This document shows positions 8,530 through 17,442 of a stretch of 28,364 nt of DNA, piece by piece. Each line of letters starts with the position of its first letter. Position 1 is the first letter of the stretch. Origin of the DNA: Oligoflexales bacterium (GTDB taxonomy: Bacteria > Bdellovibrionota_B > Oligoflexia > Oligoflexales > RGVZ01); assembly GCA_044236265.1 (NCBI GenBank), contig JBIIGV010000030.1, positions 1 to 28,364 on the forward strand. Reading direction: 5' to 3'. Made by a program: the position numbers and the translations under genes. Below the pieces are notes generated by a model. That model saw nothing but the letters and a program-made list of their open reading frames with translations. It did not search any database and was not told the DNA's origin.

Positions 8530-9998
8530 TGAATCCCCATGCGAGTTAAAGCGGAATCTAAAATAGCATCCACTATGGCGGTGCGAGGGAGGTTTGGGCC
8601 TGGCGCAGACTCAAGCGCATCTAATCTTCGAGAGAATCCCAAGGCCATGTGATCTAGGGCTAAAACGCCGAGAAGGCTTGCCTTCGCTCCTTTGGGTACA
8701 ACATCAACGGGTAGAACAGAGTGTTCCAAGGCGACACAAGAGTCACTGATCGGGTGGCGTCGGAAATTTATGATTGAGGTGAGCTCACCCATATGACTTA
8801 AATCCTGGGTTCCCGATTGGAATACAATATTTCCATCGCTATCGGTGCTGAGTAACGGGAATGCCTCCAGTTTTGCAACATCGAGAGCCGCTGCAACGTG
8901 AAAAATCGGAAACTCTCTGGTGCCTGTCATCGGATCAGGTTCGCTTCGGGAGAGATCCCAGTTTTTGACTTTTTCGAATAGAAAATTTTTTCTTTGACTT
9001 GGTAAAAGTGAGCGAATCCCCGCTCTCACTGTTTCAAACTCTGGTCCCGTGTACATAGGTAATATTTTTTGAGCTACGGAGGCACTGTTTCCTAAAGAGG
9101 CGCCAGCACCGAATGAGAGCATCGTTCCCAGGAGGCCTCGGTTAAACTCGGTCATCTCGCTTCGATTTTTTGCTAAAGACTCCACTAGAGGGTGAATCAT
9201 GACCATCGGCAGCCCTCCACCAAATGGCGATCCCACGGTAATGAGCGCAAGAGTGCGTTCTCGAATATCGGGAAAGCTGGCCAGGGCCTGCAGCATGCTG
9301 GTGCCCCCTTTAGAGTAGCCCCAGAATAGGTAGCGATGCTCCTTGGTTTTGTTGGCCTCAAGTTCCAAAAACTTCGTGTGGATTTTCGGAGCGCACTCAT
9401 CGTCAGTTGCAAAGGAGTTAGGCTGACATTCGTGCCGGAGTATGCGTAAGTCACCTCTTTTTATTTCGTCGGCAAAAGCTTTGCTCCAAAGATCTCTGCT
9501 GTCATATAGAGCTCCAGATTCAGTTAAATGACTACCGAAACCGCCAGCCATGATAAAGGTCAGACCAAGGTTCTTTTGTCTGGCAGCAGATATCAGTTTC
9601 CGCATCCCGGTTAATTCAGATTCGACAGATTTTTTTGACTGAGGGGCGCACTGAGATATGCGACTCCCCGGATTAAACAGTTGCTCCAGTAAAAATTCGT
9701 ATGGATAGGGAGATTGATAGGTCCCAGTAACTGTTTTTTTCAATGATCCTGACGCTGGTAAAACAACAAGCTCAGCTGCTGCTTTACAGTCAATTCTTGA
9801 GGACAGTGTTTTCAGTAGCAGATTGTCGGTTTCGTACTGAAAATCTCGCAGAGAAATAACGTCCTGCTCGTCGCCGGCAAGGCTTGAGCCTGCGGTACGC
9901 CGCTTGGCAGCAGTTTTGCAATTTGAGAGAACAACCGCAAAAAAAAGTACTGCCAAAATGATTCTGGAGCGAAAGCGTAGTAAAGATAATGCGGTCAT
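8526..9998 (-). CDS. Lipoprotein alpha/beta hydrolase (lipase/esterase-like)
   Basis: Lipobox-like LFFAVVLSN-C, oxyanion segment FIMAGGFGS, nucleophile elbow WGYSKGG, LITVGSPFGG, candidate triad Asp (SDSCVAL) and His (LDHMALG). Confidence 0.8.
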   Translation of the reverse strand: MTALSLLRFRSRIILAVLFFAVVLSNCKTAAKRRTAGSSLAGDEQDVISLRDFQYETDNLLLKTLSSRIDCKAAAELVVLPASGSLKKTVTGTYQSPYPYEFLLEQLFNPGSRISQCAPQSKKSVESELTGMRKLISAARQKNLGLTFIMAGGFGSHLTESGALYDSRDLWSKAFADEIKRGDLRILRHECQPNSFATDDECAPKIHTKFLELEANKTKEHRYLFWGYSKGGTSMLQALASFPDIRERTLALITVGSPFGGGLPMVMIHPLVESLAKNRSEMTEFNRGLLGTMLSFGAGASLGNSASVAQKILPMYTGPEFETVRAGIRSLLPSQRKNFLFEKVKNWDLSRSEPDPMTGTREFPIFHVAAALDVAKLEAFPLLSTDSDGNIVFQSGTQDLSHMGELTSIINFRRHPISDSCVALEHSVLPVDVVPKGAKASLLGVLALDHMALGFSRRLDALESAPGPNLPRTAIVDAILDSALTRMGIQ

Positions 9999-10216
9999 GG
10001 TGACGCTCTTGTTGCTGCAAAAAGTATCCCACCGCAGTCTCTAGTGACAAGAAATAACCGCGGAGCTGTCTGATAGACTTAATTTTATCATATTCGACTG
10101 GGGTGGCGTGGAGGCTTATAGAGGTTAAAAGAGACCTAATACCTGGTCATTGGGGAGTAAGTCCAATGTCATGAATTTTTAACTAACTAAAATTAATGAA
10201 TATTTTAAGTTTTTTC

Positions 10217-10243
10217 TTAAGTTTGCCATCGTCGCTCCGACAC
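10217..10243 (+). promoter_or_regulatory. sigma28 (FliA)-like promoter
   Basis: TTAAGTTT-N11-TCCGACAC versus consensus TAAAGTTT-N11-GCCGATAA, 45 nt upstream of the PilZ ATG. Confidence 0.55.
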
Positions 10244-10288
10244 CCCTCTTGTAGGTGGTGACGTTTAATCACTATTAGGGGTTTATCG

Positions 10289-10690
10289 ATGTCAGAAGGG
10301 CGGCGCGAAAATAGAAAAATGGTTAGGTTGATCCTTGATCATCCGCTCAAGGTATCAATTGGCTCCCTAGGCGCTGACGTCCGCTATGATCTTAAAACTC
10401 GTAACGTGTCATATACCGGTTTTTTTCTTGATTTTGAAAAGCCAGGACGATTTCCTTTCACTCCAGCCTCGATCATGGAGATCTGGATTGATCTAGAGCC
10501 AAATAACCGTATTTTCTTTAACGGAAAAATGGTGCGAAAAGTTATGCCAGGCGATCCTGGTTCCGAGATTACAGGCCCAGGTATTGCTGTTCGAATTATT
10601 CAGATGGATTCTAAAACCGAGCATCAGCTCAAAGAATTCATTGACCGGAAAATTTCTGAAAAAAACTCCAATTCGATCAAGTCAGCATAA
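10289..10690 (+). CDS. Stand-alone PilZ-domain protein (c-di-GMP receptor)
   Basis: RxxxR (RRENR) and (D/N)xSxxG (NVSYTG) motifs, plus GKMVR, GIAVRI and a C-terminal helix LKEFI. Confidence 0.82.
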   Translation: MSEGRRENRKMVRLILDHPLKVSIGSLGADVRYDLKTRNVSYTGFFLDFEKPGRFPFTPASIMEIWIDLEPNNRIFFNGKMVRKVMPGDPGSEITGPGIAVRIIQMDSKTEHQLKEFIDRKISEKNSNSIKSA

Positions 10691-10743
10691 TCGTCTTTAG
10701 GCCTGCAGACTTGAGATAATATGAATGCACTTTAAACACTAAA

Positions 10744-11313
10744 TTAATAACGGGGCTCGTGTCCCGGCTTCCATTTGATATTGCACCCAAGGCTAGGTTT
10801 TTGCTCAGATGGTAGTCTTGCATTTGCCAGCAAAGCGTCGAGCGCTAACCTAAGGTCCTTCCCCGTGACTGGAATTTGATTGGATGGACGACTGTCATCC
10901 AGCTGACCTCGATAGACCAGGCGATGACTTCTATCAAAAAGAAAGATGTCCGGGGTGCATGCAGCTTTAAAGGCTTTTGCTACATCTTGCGTTTCGTCAA
11001 AAAGATAGGGGAATACATAGCCTGCTTTTGCTTTTTCAATTTTCATCTTTTCAGGTGAGTCATCTGGATGGCTTATGACATCGTTGCTATTTATTGCGAC
11101 TACTCCAATACCTTTTGATGTGTAATCGCGACCAAGTGCAGCAAGCTGATCGCGGACATGGATCACAAAAGGACAGTGATTACAAATGAACAATACAAGT
11201 AACGGCTTACCGCTGAAATCTTGACTGCTGATCTTGTTGCCGTCGGTATCCGGAAGACAAAAGCTTGGTGCCGAGGTGCCTAATTCGAGCATATATGATG
11301 GAGTGCGTGCCAT
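10744..11313 (-). CDS. Thioredoxin-fold AhpC/TSA (PRX-like1) family protein
   Basis: Start at ATG 11313 (SD GGAGA). APSFCLPDTDG, FICNHCPFV, YLFDETQDVAKAFKAACTPD, YRGQLDD, SLGCNIKW. Confidence 0.9.
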   Translation of the reverse strand: MARTPSYMLELGTSAPSFCLPDTDGNKISSQDFSGKPLLVLFICNHCPFVIHVRDQLAALGRDYTSKGIGVVAINSNDVISHPDDSPEKMKIEKAKAGYVFPYLFDETQDVAKAFKAACTPDIFLFDRSHRLVYRGQLDDSRPSNQIPVTGKDLRLALDALLANARLPSEQKPSLGCNIKWKPGHEPRY

Positions 11314-11369
11314 TGTTGGTTCTCCCGCGCGAGGTTCGACTTCGGTTGTGTCACAAAGACACGGGTAGG

Positions 11370-12155
11370 TCAATCCGGGATCACGATTTCCATGCCATCA
11401 TAAGCGAGCTCTACACCGGCAGGTAGCTTGGGCGTTTCAACGTCGTAATCAATCTCGTGATTCATGTGGGTTATAATTCCGCGTTCAACGTCGAGCTTAC
11501 GAAACAAATCAATCGTTTCGCCAATTGTTGAGTGGGTTTTGTGATCTCGCCATCTGAGGCCGCTGGCGACCATCGTGTGAACTTTGCCGCGCCATGCTCT
11601 AATGATGTTGTCACCGAGAGTCTTAAAGTCGGTTGCATAAGCAAAGCGTCCAAAACGAAATACATTCGTAAAGGTGTTGCCATGGGGTGCTAGAAACGTC
11701 TCGACCTCAAGACCAGCAATTTGTGTCGCACCTTGATTCGCGGGTAGTGGGCATAGTTTCAAGTTTGGTCGTCCACCCAGATACCCAGTGTCTTCAAAAG
11801 CGTAGTGGAATCTTAGTTTTAATTCCTGGATGAGATCGGGGTGTAGCCAACACTCTATTTGTTTTTGACTGTTGAAATAAAGTCCACGTAGATCATCAAA
11901 GCCATGGCAGTGATCAGCATGAAGGTGACTGTATATAACATGTTGAAGTGATGAGATGCCTGCTCTCAAGGCCTGGAGTCGAAACTCCGGTCCTGTGTCG
12001 ATCACAATTGGTACTTGATTAGGACCCCATACTGCGATTGACGCGCGCCATCTTTGATTTCGCGGATTCGTGCTTTTGCAAACTGCACAAGAACAACCCA
12101 ACACAGGAACGCCTGTTGAGGTGCCGCAACCCATAATCTTGACTAAATACGTCAT
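11370..12155 (-). CDS. Metallo-beta-lactamase-fold hydrolase, PhnP-like phosphodiesterase
   Basis: GCGTSTGVPVLGCSCAVC (Zn motif), IDTGPEFRLQ, HLHADHCHGFDDLR (HxHxDH), YATD, THMNH, LAYDGM. Confidence 0.9.
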   Translation of the reverse strand: MTYLVKIMGCGTSTGVPVLGCSCAVCKSTNPRNQRWRASIAVWGPNQVPIVIDTGPEFRLQALRAGISSLQHVIYSHLHADHCHGFDDLRGLYFNSQKQIECWLHPDLIQELKLRFHYAFEDTGYLGGRPNLKLCPLPANQGATQIAGLEVETFLAPHGNTFTNVFRFGRFAYATDFKTLGDNIIRAWRGKVHTMVASGLRWRDHKTHSTIGETIDLFRKLDVERGIITHMNHEIDYDVETPKLPAGVELAYDGMEIVIPD

Positions 12156-12164
12156 AGTTCAATT

Positions 12165-13679
12165 TTAAGATCGTATGAGACTTCTCAGAAGGCGGGCACG
12201 ATCACCCTCTTTTGAGGTAAAATCTCGCATTTTGTCCAGTCTTGTTACGTGATCGATTTTTCTAAGTGGGTACTCGTGCCAAAAATTAGCCTCTTCCTCT
12301 AAGGATACCGAGAAGGCGACGTGGTCGATCCCCGAATCCTGATCTGGCAACTTTTCTAGAAGACCCTCACGGAACATGACCTGGAGACATTGGGACACGT
12401 CTTCATCTGGATAAGGAGTAGCCATCTTGATGTGCGCACTCAAGGTTTCCAGCGATACAGCTGACTTGCTTCCAAACACATCCTTGACACCCTGGAAACA
12501 AGCACGCATCAATAATGCATCTGGATAGTTTTTATCAATGGAGAAACGATGGTGAAAGTAGTCTTTTTCCCCGCAGATTACGACAGTGCGAATAAATCCA
12601 GAATCTTCAACTCCAAAAATTTCACGAGCCAAAGTTTCGGTGCTATCAGTCATGCCGTTGAAAATCACAAATTCAACACATCGAGTGTTTTCAATTTCAC
12701 TCAGAAATGGCCCAATTGATATAACAATGCGGACGTCTCCAGTTTCAAACTGTTGCCGGGCTTTGTTGGCTGAAAACTCATCTGTTCCAGGTCGGATAAT
12801 GGCGAATTCTTCGCCTTTTTTTTCCAATAAGTCGGCAGTATCGTAAAGCTGTTTGATAGAATTGCAGTAAATGACGCCTTGGCCCGCTGAGCGGTTAAGC
12901 TCTAAATCGAGAATATTCAGCCGATCCAAGTCGTTTGTTGCCGTGATACACTCCACTCCAAATCCTGGGACGGTCTCAGGAGAGAGTCGTCCTTGGAATG
13001 GTTCGTTTAGACATAATAGTTTAGTGAGATCGTGTGTGACTCTAGCACTAGGATTCCATACGATCGCAATTTTTTGGGGGCGCTTTATTTGGCTTTGTAA
13101 AGACGCCAAAAAACTTCCAACAAATCTGTAGTTGGGTAAAAACTTATGTGACCAAGGGCTCATAAGCTGTGCCTGGTCAATGATCACTATTCCAATATCA
13201 CGACGGCGAAGCCGTTCACGGAATCGTTGACTCGACAGTCGACCAGGGGTAACCAGAAGAATCTGAACGTCTCCGTGATCCATCCTGTCCCAAATGATCT
13301 TTTTTTCAGCTTTGGTCGGTGCCAGGTCGAAAGACTCTGAGTTTATATTCAGAGCGCAGAAACGCGCTTTCATGCGTCGAATGCTTTGAATAGAGTGCGT
13401 CACCACAAGGACCAGGCCACAGCCGGCGGCAGCTGGTAAAGCTGCACAGGTGATCGAGGCCAGACGATCAGGCCCGCTGACAATAATGTCTCGGCCCTTA
13501 CCAAGATGTTCAATAACTTCAAGGTTTTCCGAGGATACGTAGGTAAGTCCAGGTATGCTGGTGGACGCATCCACAAGTCGACCGAGGATATCCTGCCCTC
13601 GAGAGGAGCTATCCAAACTTTCGGCACTGTAGCTGGCATCGCCAGGAGAACAGCTTGCTGCGTTAAGGTCCATGCTCAT
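12165..13679 (-). CDS. RecQ-like protein with degenerate helicase motifs (probable pseudo-helicase)
   Basis: Collinear with RecQ (LPAA…GLVLVV, ILLVTPGRL, IIDQAQLMSPWSHKFLPNY vs IDEAHCISQWGHDFRPEY, GVIYCNS), but Walker A, DEAH and motifs III and VI are substituted. Uninterrupted 504-aa ORF. Confidence 0.8.
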   Translation of the reverse strand: MSMDLNAASCSPGDASYSAESLDSSSRGQDILGRLVDASTSIPGLTYVSSENLEVIEHLGKGRDIIVSGPDRLASITCAALPAAAGCGLVLVVTHSIQSIRRMKARFCALNINSESFDLAPTKAEKKIIWDRMDHGDVQILLVTPGRLSSQRFRERLRRRDIGIVIIDQAQLMSPWSHKFLPNYRFVGSFLASLQSQIKRPQKIAIVWNPSARVTHDLTKLLCLNEPFQGRLSPETVPGFGVECITATNDLDRLNILDLELNRSAGQGVIYCNSIKQLYDTADLLEKKGEEFAIIRPGTDEFSANKARQQFETGDVRIVISIGPFLSEIENTRCVEFVIFNGMTDSTETLAREIFGVEDSGFIRTVVICGEKDYFHHRFSIDKNYPDALLMRACFQGVKDVFGSKSAVSLETLSAHIKMATPYPDEDVSQCLQVMFREGLLEKLPDQDSGIDHVAFSVSLEEEANFWHEYPLRKIDHVTRLDKMRDFTSKEGDRARLLRSLIRS

Positions 13680-13792
13680 ACAATGATTGTACTGTGATTT
13701 CGAAGAAAACTGGTAATTTTTTTTTATTTTTTTAGTAAATCACACAACACATCCTATTATTCTTGGGCTTTGTTTTATGGGATTGCTCTTTA

Positions 13793-15004
13793 ATGGCTTC
13801 GATTTCAAGTACAAGCGGTAAGTTGGTCATTCAAAAATATGGCGGGACCTCAGTGGGCTCGATCGACCGTATTAAGCACGTGGCTGCCCATATAGCCGAC
13901 ACGGTCAGGCGGGGTGAGCAGGTGGTTGCCGTAATTAGTGCCATGGGCGATCAGACCGACGACTTGCTGGCTATGGCTCATGCAATTTCCAAGACCCCTC
14001 CTCGCAGGGAGCTGGATATGCTTTTGACCGCTGGCGAGCGTATTGCAATGGCGCTGGTCACGATTGCTCTGAATGAAATAGGGCAAAAAGCTGTCTCGCT
14101 GACTGGTTCTCAAAGCGGCATCATCACAGATACAGTCCATGGGAACGCAAGGATCAGTCGGGTTGGGCCTCATCGGATTGAAGAAAATTTAAAGCTCGGA
14201 AATGTGGTTATCGTAGCTGGGTTTCAGGGCGTGAGTGCTGAATCAAAAGAAATTACAACTTTAGGTCGAGGTGGCAGTGACCTGAGCGCCATTGCCTTGG
14301 CTGCAACATTGAAAGCCAGGACTTGTCAGCTATATAAGGATGTCGATGGCGTTTGTTCGGCGGATCCCAGAGTCGTCACGAGTCCGCTCGTCCATAAAAC
14401 GCTAACATGGGACACGATGACCCAGATGGCGTGGGCTGGCGCATCGGTGCTGCATCCACGCGGCGCCCATCTTGCACAGAAATTCAGTATTCCGATAGAG
14501 ATTCGGAGCAGTTTCAATTTAAACCTGCCAGGAACACTGGTTAGCGGGAGCGAAAAGATGGAGTCATATGCTGTACAGGCTATAACGCAACGATCAAAAA
14601 TGGCTCTGATAAAGGGTACTCTTCCAACGCAGTCCCGAAGTCTATTGGATGATTTGCGGGCATGGCTTTGGCAGCAAGGTGAGTCATCTCAGATCCAAAG
14701 TCTGGCAGTCTCAAAAACTGGCATAGAGTTTTTCCTGTCGGTTCCGCAATCCATGGCCCAAAGTGTGGCTCAACGTCTTGTGGCCTCCTCTTCAAGTCAA
14801 GCGGCTCCTCAGGTTGAAGAGTGTGCAATTATCTCTATTATCGGTAGTGGTTTTTGGCAGAGTCCAGAAACGATGATCGATATCGGTAAAGTTGTTCAAG
14901 AGCCGCAATTTATTGACGTTAAAAATAATGCGATCACGATCGCAGTCAACAATGACGTTGCAGATACGATCGTGAAGGAGCTGCATCGAACGCTTATCGC
15001 GTGA
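13793..15004 (+). CDS. lysC: Aspartate kinase
   Basis: VIQKYGGTSVG, VISAMGDQTDDL, RELDMLLTAGE, VAGFQG, ITTLGRGGSDLSA, DVDGVCSADPR, GASVLHPR; divergent C-terminal ACT region. Start taken at ATG 13793. Confidence 0.93.
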   Translation: MASISSTSGKLVIQKYGGTSVGSIDRIKHVAAHIADTVRRGEQVVAVISAMGDQTDDLLAMAHAISKTPPRRELDMLLTAGERIAMALVTIALNEIGQKAVSLTGSQSGIITDTVHGNARISRVGPHRIEENLKLGNVVIVAGFQGVSAESKEITTLGRGGSDLSAIALAATLKARTCQLYKDVDGVCSADPRVVTSPLVHKTLTWDTMTQMAWAGASVLHPRGAHLAQKFSIPIEIRSSFNLNLPGTLVSGSEKMESYAVQAITQRSKMALIKGTLPTQSRSLLDDLRAWLWQQGESSQIQSLAVSKTGIEFFLSVPQSMAQSVAQRLVASSSSQAAPQVEECAIISIIGSGFWQSPETMIDIGKVVQEPQFIDVKNNAITIAVNNDVADTIVKELHRTLIA

Positions 15005-15015
15005 GAGTGCTACGC

Positions 15016-15855
15016 TTACTTAATGTTGATCAGGAGTCCAGCGCCAATCGAGGTGAACGATTTACCGGCTAAAATTCCAGGTGCAAATCCACCTTCGATC
15101 TGCCAACCGTCAAATCTGTAGCCTGCCATTAGCGCACCCCGAACGTGCGGTGCAAAGCCTGTGTTGACCTCGTAACCCCACTCTTCAGATTTCGCTGCTG
15201 ATACTTTGTTGTCAATCTTTGCAAGGGTGTATGACAGTCCAAGGCCAGCTTCAGTTCGAATTAAAAAATCATTTTGAGAGAATAAAGTGTACGCAACACC
15301 TCCAAGTGCTGCCAATGAGGTTGCGCCAAATGCTGCTTGCTCGGAATCTGCATAGACGTTTGTTGCAGTGCCTGAGAATGAATAGATACTGCCTCTTGCA
15401 AATCCATCTACACGACCAAGAAATTTGCGTCGAATCATTTCTCCGGTGGCTTCATAGCCTTTGGCGGTAGCTCCGGCACCAAGTGTGGCGATGCCTATAT
15501 GCCCCCCCACCGCTATCGGTGACGGTTGTTTATAAATTCGATATTGCTCCTGACTTATTGCTGATGGTCCGTCGAGCATTGCGTAGGTTTCAGCTTGGGC
15601 GCTTACAGGGCCCATGACTTGCTCAAGTTGAACTGCTCGAGCGTTCCCATGCATTTTAGTTACTTGACCGGTAGCAATGAGTTCACCACGATCAGTAAAA
15701 AATCCAACTTTGTCGCCGGTTACAGCGCCTCGATCATAGATCACGCAGGTGTTGTTTCGGGAGCCACACTTAAAATCGCGCTCCGCGATTGCGGTGCTCG
15801 GCGCAAGATACAGAACCGTAAAAGCTACGAGGTTGATGTAGTTTTTTGATTTCAT
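15016..15855 (-). CDS. Secreted protein with a small N-terminal beta domain and a C-terminal outer-membrane beta-barrel-like region
   Basis: Start ATG 15855 (SD GGGAG/AAGGA), signal peptide …APSTAIA. Gly/aromatic amphipathic strands (GGVAYTL, EAGLGLSY, MAGYRF). Confidence 0.65.
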   Translation of the reverse strand: MKSKNYINLVAFTVLYLAPSTAIAERDFKCGSRNNTCVIYDRGAVTGDKVGFFTDRGELIATGQVTKMHGNARAVQLEQVMGPVSAQAETYAMLDGPSAISQEQYRIYKQPSPIAVGGHIGIATLGAGATAKGYEATGEMIRRKFLGRVDGFARGSIYSFSGTATNVYADSEQAAFGATSLAALGGVAYTLFSQNDFLIRTEAGLGLSYTLAKIDNKVSAAKSEEWGYEVNTGFAPHVRGALMAGYRFDGWQIEGGFAPGILAGKSFTSIGAGLLINIK

Positions 15856-15897
15856 GGTCCTTAGACTCCCTTTCAATAAAATACCTGCCGCTAACTG

Positions 15898-15913
15898 AGC
15901 AATACTCATGCCA
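15898..15913 (-). promoter_or_regulatory. sigma54 (RpoN) -24/-12 promoter
   Basis: Minus strand TGGCATGAGTATTGCT: exact GG-N10-GC spacing, near-consensus TGGCAYR-N4-TTGCW, 42 nt upstream of ATG 15855. Confidence 0.75.
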
Positions 15914-16034
15914 CTGCTAAAATCATGAATTATGCAGTAAAGTTAGTGGCATAAGCTGTCACGGGGGTGTTGGAGTTTTTGACACTATTGGCATATCCTT
16001 ATAGGGGTTCGATGGTACTTAATGGGGGGCTTTT

Positions 16035-17372
16035 GTGGACTTGAAAAGCTTGCGCAGTGAGCTGGATCGACGCCGCGTCGCGGTGTGGAGTGCAGGTGAA
16101 AAAATCTGGAAGCCCATACCCGTAGCCCTGACACCAACCATTGTCATGAGATCCGAGTGGCAGGACGTGGTCAGCGATGCGCGTCGAATTTTTAATACTT
16201 TTCCAAAAGTCTTAAGCTGGCTCCAAAGACCGGAGCAGGCCCATTTGAAAGAGGGTGTTTTCGCAGGCCTGTCTTCGATCGAGCGGGCGGTGATTGATAT
16301 TGATCCTCTGGCTCAATGGGGACACGTCACCGCTAGATTTGACTTATTTTGGGATGGCGATCAGATCAAAATTATTGAGGTCAATTGTACGATTCCAGCT
16401 ATGCAGTCGTACAGTGATGGAGTTCTCAATGCTTGGCTGAAAGCAAGCGGCCAGGATGTTTTGACTCGTGGAAATATGGGGCAGCTTTTGGAAAGCTTAC
16501 TGTCAGCCTACCGAAGAAATGGAGGGCGGACCGAGTCGCCTAAGGTGGCCATCTTGCACCGGGCAGGAGACAGCCAGTTGGGTGAACTCATGTCATTGCA
16601 GGAGGAGTGGGGAAAGTACGGTGTTCAGGCGGTGTTGGCAACACCTTCGATGGTTGCGCGATCTGCTAATCAATGGTTTGTCGGTGAAATGCCTGTCGAT
16701 CTCATTTATCGACACATCTTTGCGTGGCGTTTGGAGGACAGTCCGTTTGCAAATTGTCTCATCAACAATCGTCAAACGCATATTTACAATCCTGTTTCGG
16801 CCCATTATGAGTCCAAAGCATTTTTGGCGTTGGTGAGTCACTTAGTTTCCGATACGCATCGCGCGCGAGACGTTGGATTTAGCAGTGATGAGATGGCTGC
16901 GGTAAATCTGCGTGTGCCTTGGAGTCGTATTCTTGACCAGGGCCCCTTGTCGGTGCCATTTGAAGAGGTAAAAGAACGGCTTCCAGATTTGGTATTCAAG
17001 CGAAGCGTAGGTTACGGTGGGCATCAAGTTATCATGGGGCAAGATTGGGAGACCCAAGAGACCCAAGCTAGACTTCAACAATTGACAGGTCATTTAGGTC
17101 ATGTTGATTTTAATCATTTTGCTTCATGGATTTTGAAGCAAGACACAAGTCTTTGGATTGCACAAAATCGCATGTCAGGGGCTCAGCGAAGGACGCAAGT
17201 GCTCTGCGGTGATCAAGTAGAAGAATGGGATGGTTGGTTTGACGCGTCCGTTTTTATTGACAGCGGAAAAAGCCCTGTTTGTTCTGGTGGCGTAAGCCGC
17301 ATTTCCAAGTCTCCCATCGTCAATATTGGCACTGGAGGCGGACTTGCACCGTTTCAAATTATTGACAACTAA
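16035..17372 (+). CDS. Circularly permuted ATP-grasp / glutathionylspermidine-synthase-like amide ligase
   Basis: ARFDLF…IKIIEVN (R-x-D, E-x-N metal ligands), DLIYRH, ESKAFLA, VPWSR, LVFKRSVGYGGHQV, C-terminal VNIGTGGG. GTG start. Confidence 0.8.
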   Translation: MDLKSLRSELDRRRVAVWSAGEKIWKPIPVALTPTIVMRSEWQDVVSDARRIFNTFPKVLSWLQRPEQAHLKEGVFAGLSSIERAVIDIDPLAQWGHVTARFDLFWDGDQIKIIEVNCTIPAMQSYSDGVLNAWLKASGQDVLTRGNMGQLLESLLSAYRRNGGRTESPKVAILHRAGDSQLGELMSLQEEWGKYGVQAVLATPSMVARSANQWFVGEMPVDLIYRHIFAWRLEDSPFANCLINNRQTHIYNPVSAHYESKAFLALVSHLVSDTHRARDVGFSSDEMAAVNLRVPWSRILDQGPLSVPFEEVKERLPDLVFKRSVGYGGHQVIMGQDWETQETQARLQQLTGHLGHVDFNHFASWILKQDTSLWIAQNRMSGAQRRTQVLCGDQVEEWDGWFDASVFIDSGKSPVCSGGVSRISKSPIVNIGTGGGLAPFQIIDN

Positions 17373-17442
17373 CGTCCCACCCTTGAATTGACGATTCATG
17401 GGGGGAAGCTCTTGACTGAGATTGCAACCTAGGAACGATTTC

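Noticed and set aside
13680..13792. Lysine riboswitch upstream of lysC
   Set aside because: The intergenic region is only about 113 nt, AT-rich and shared with a divergent gene; no L-box features.
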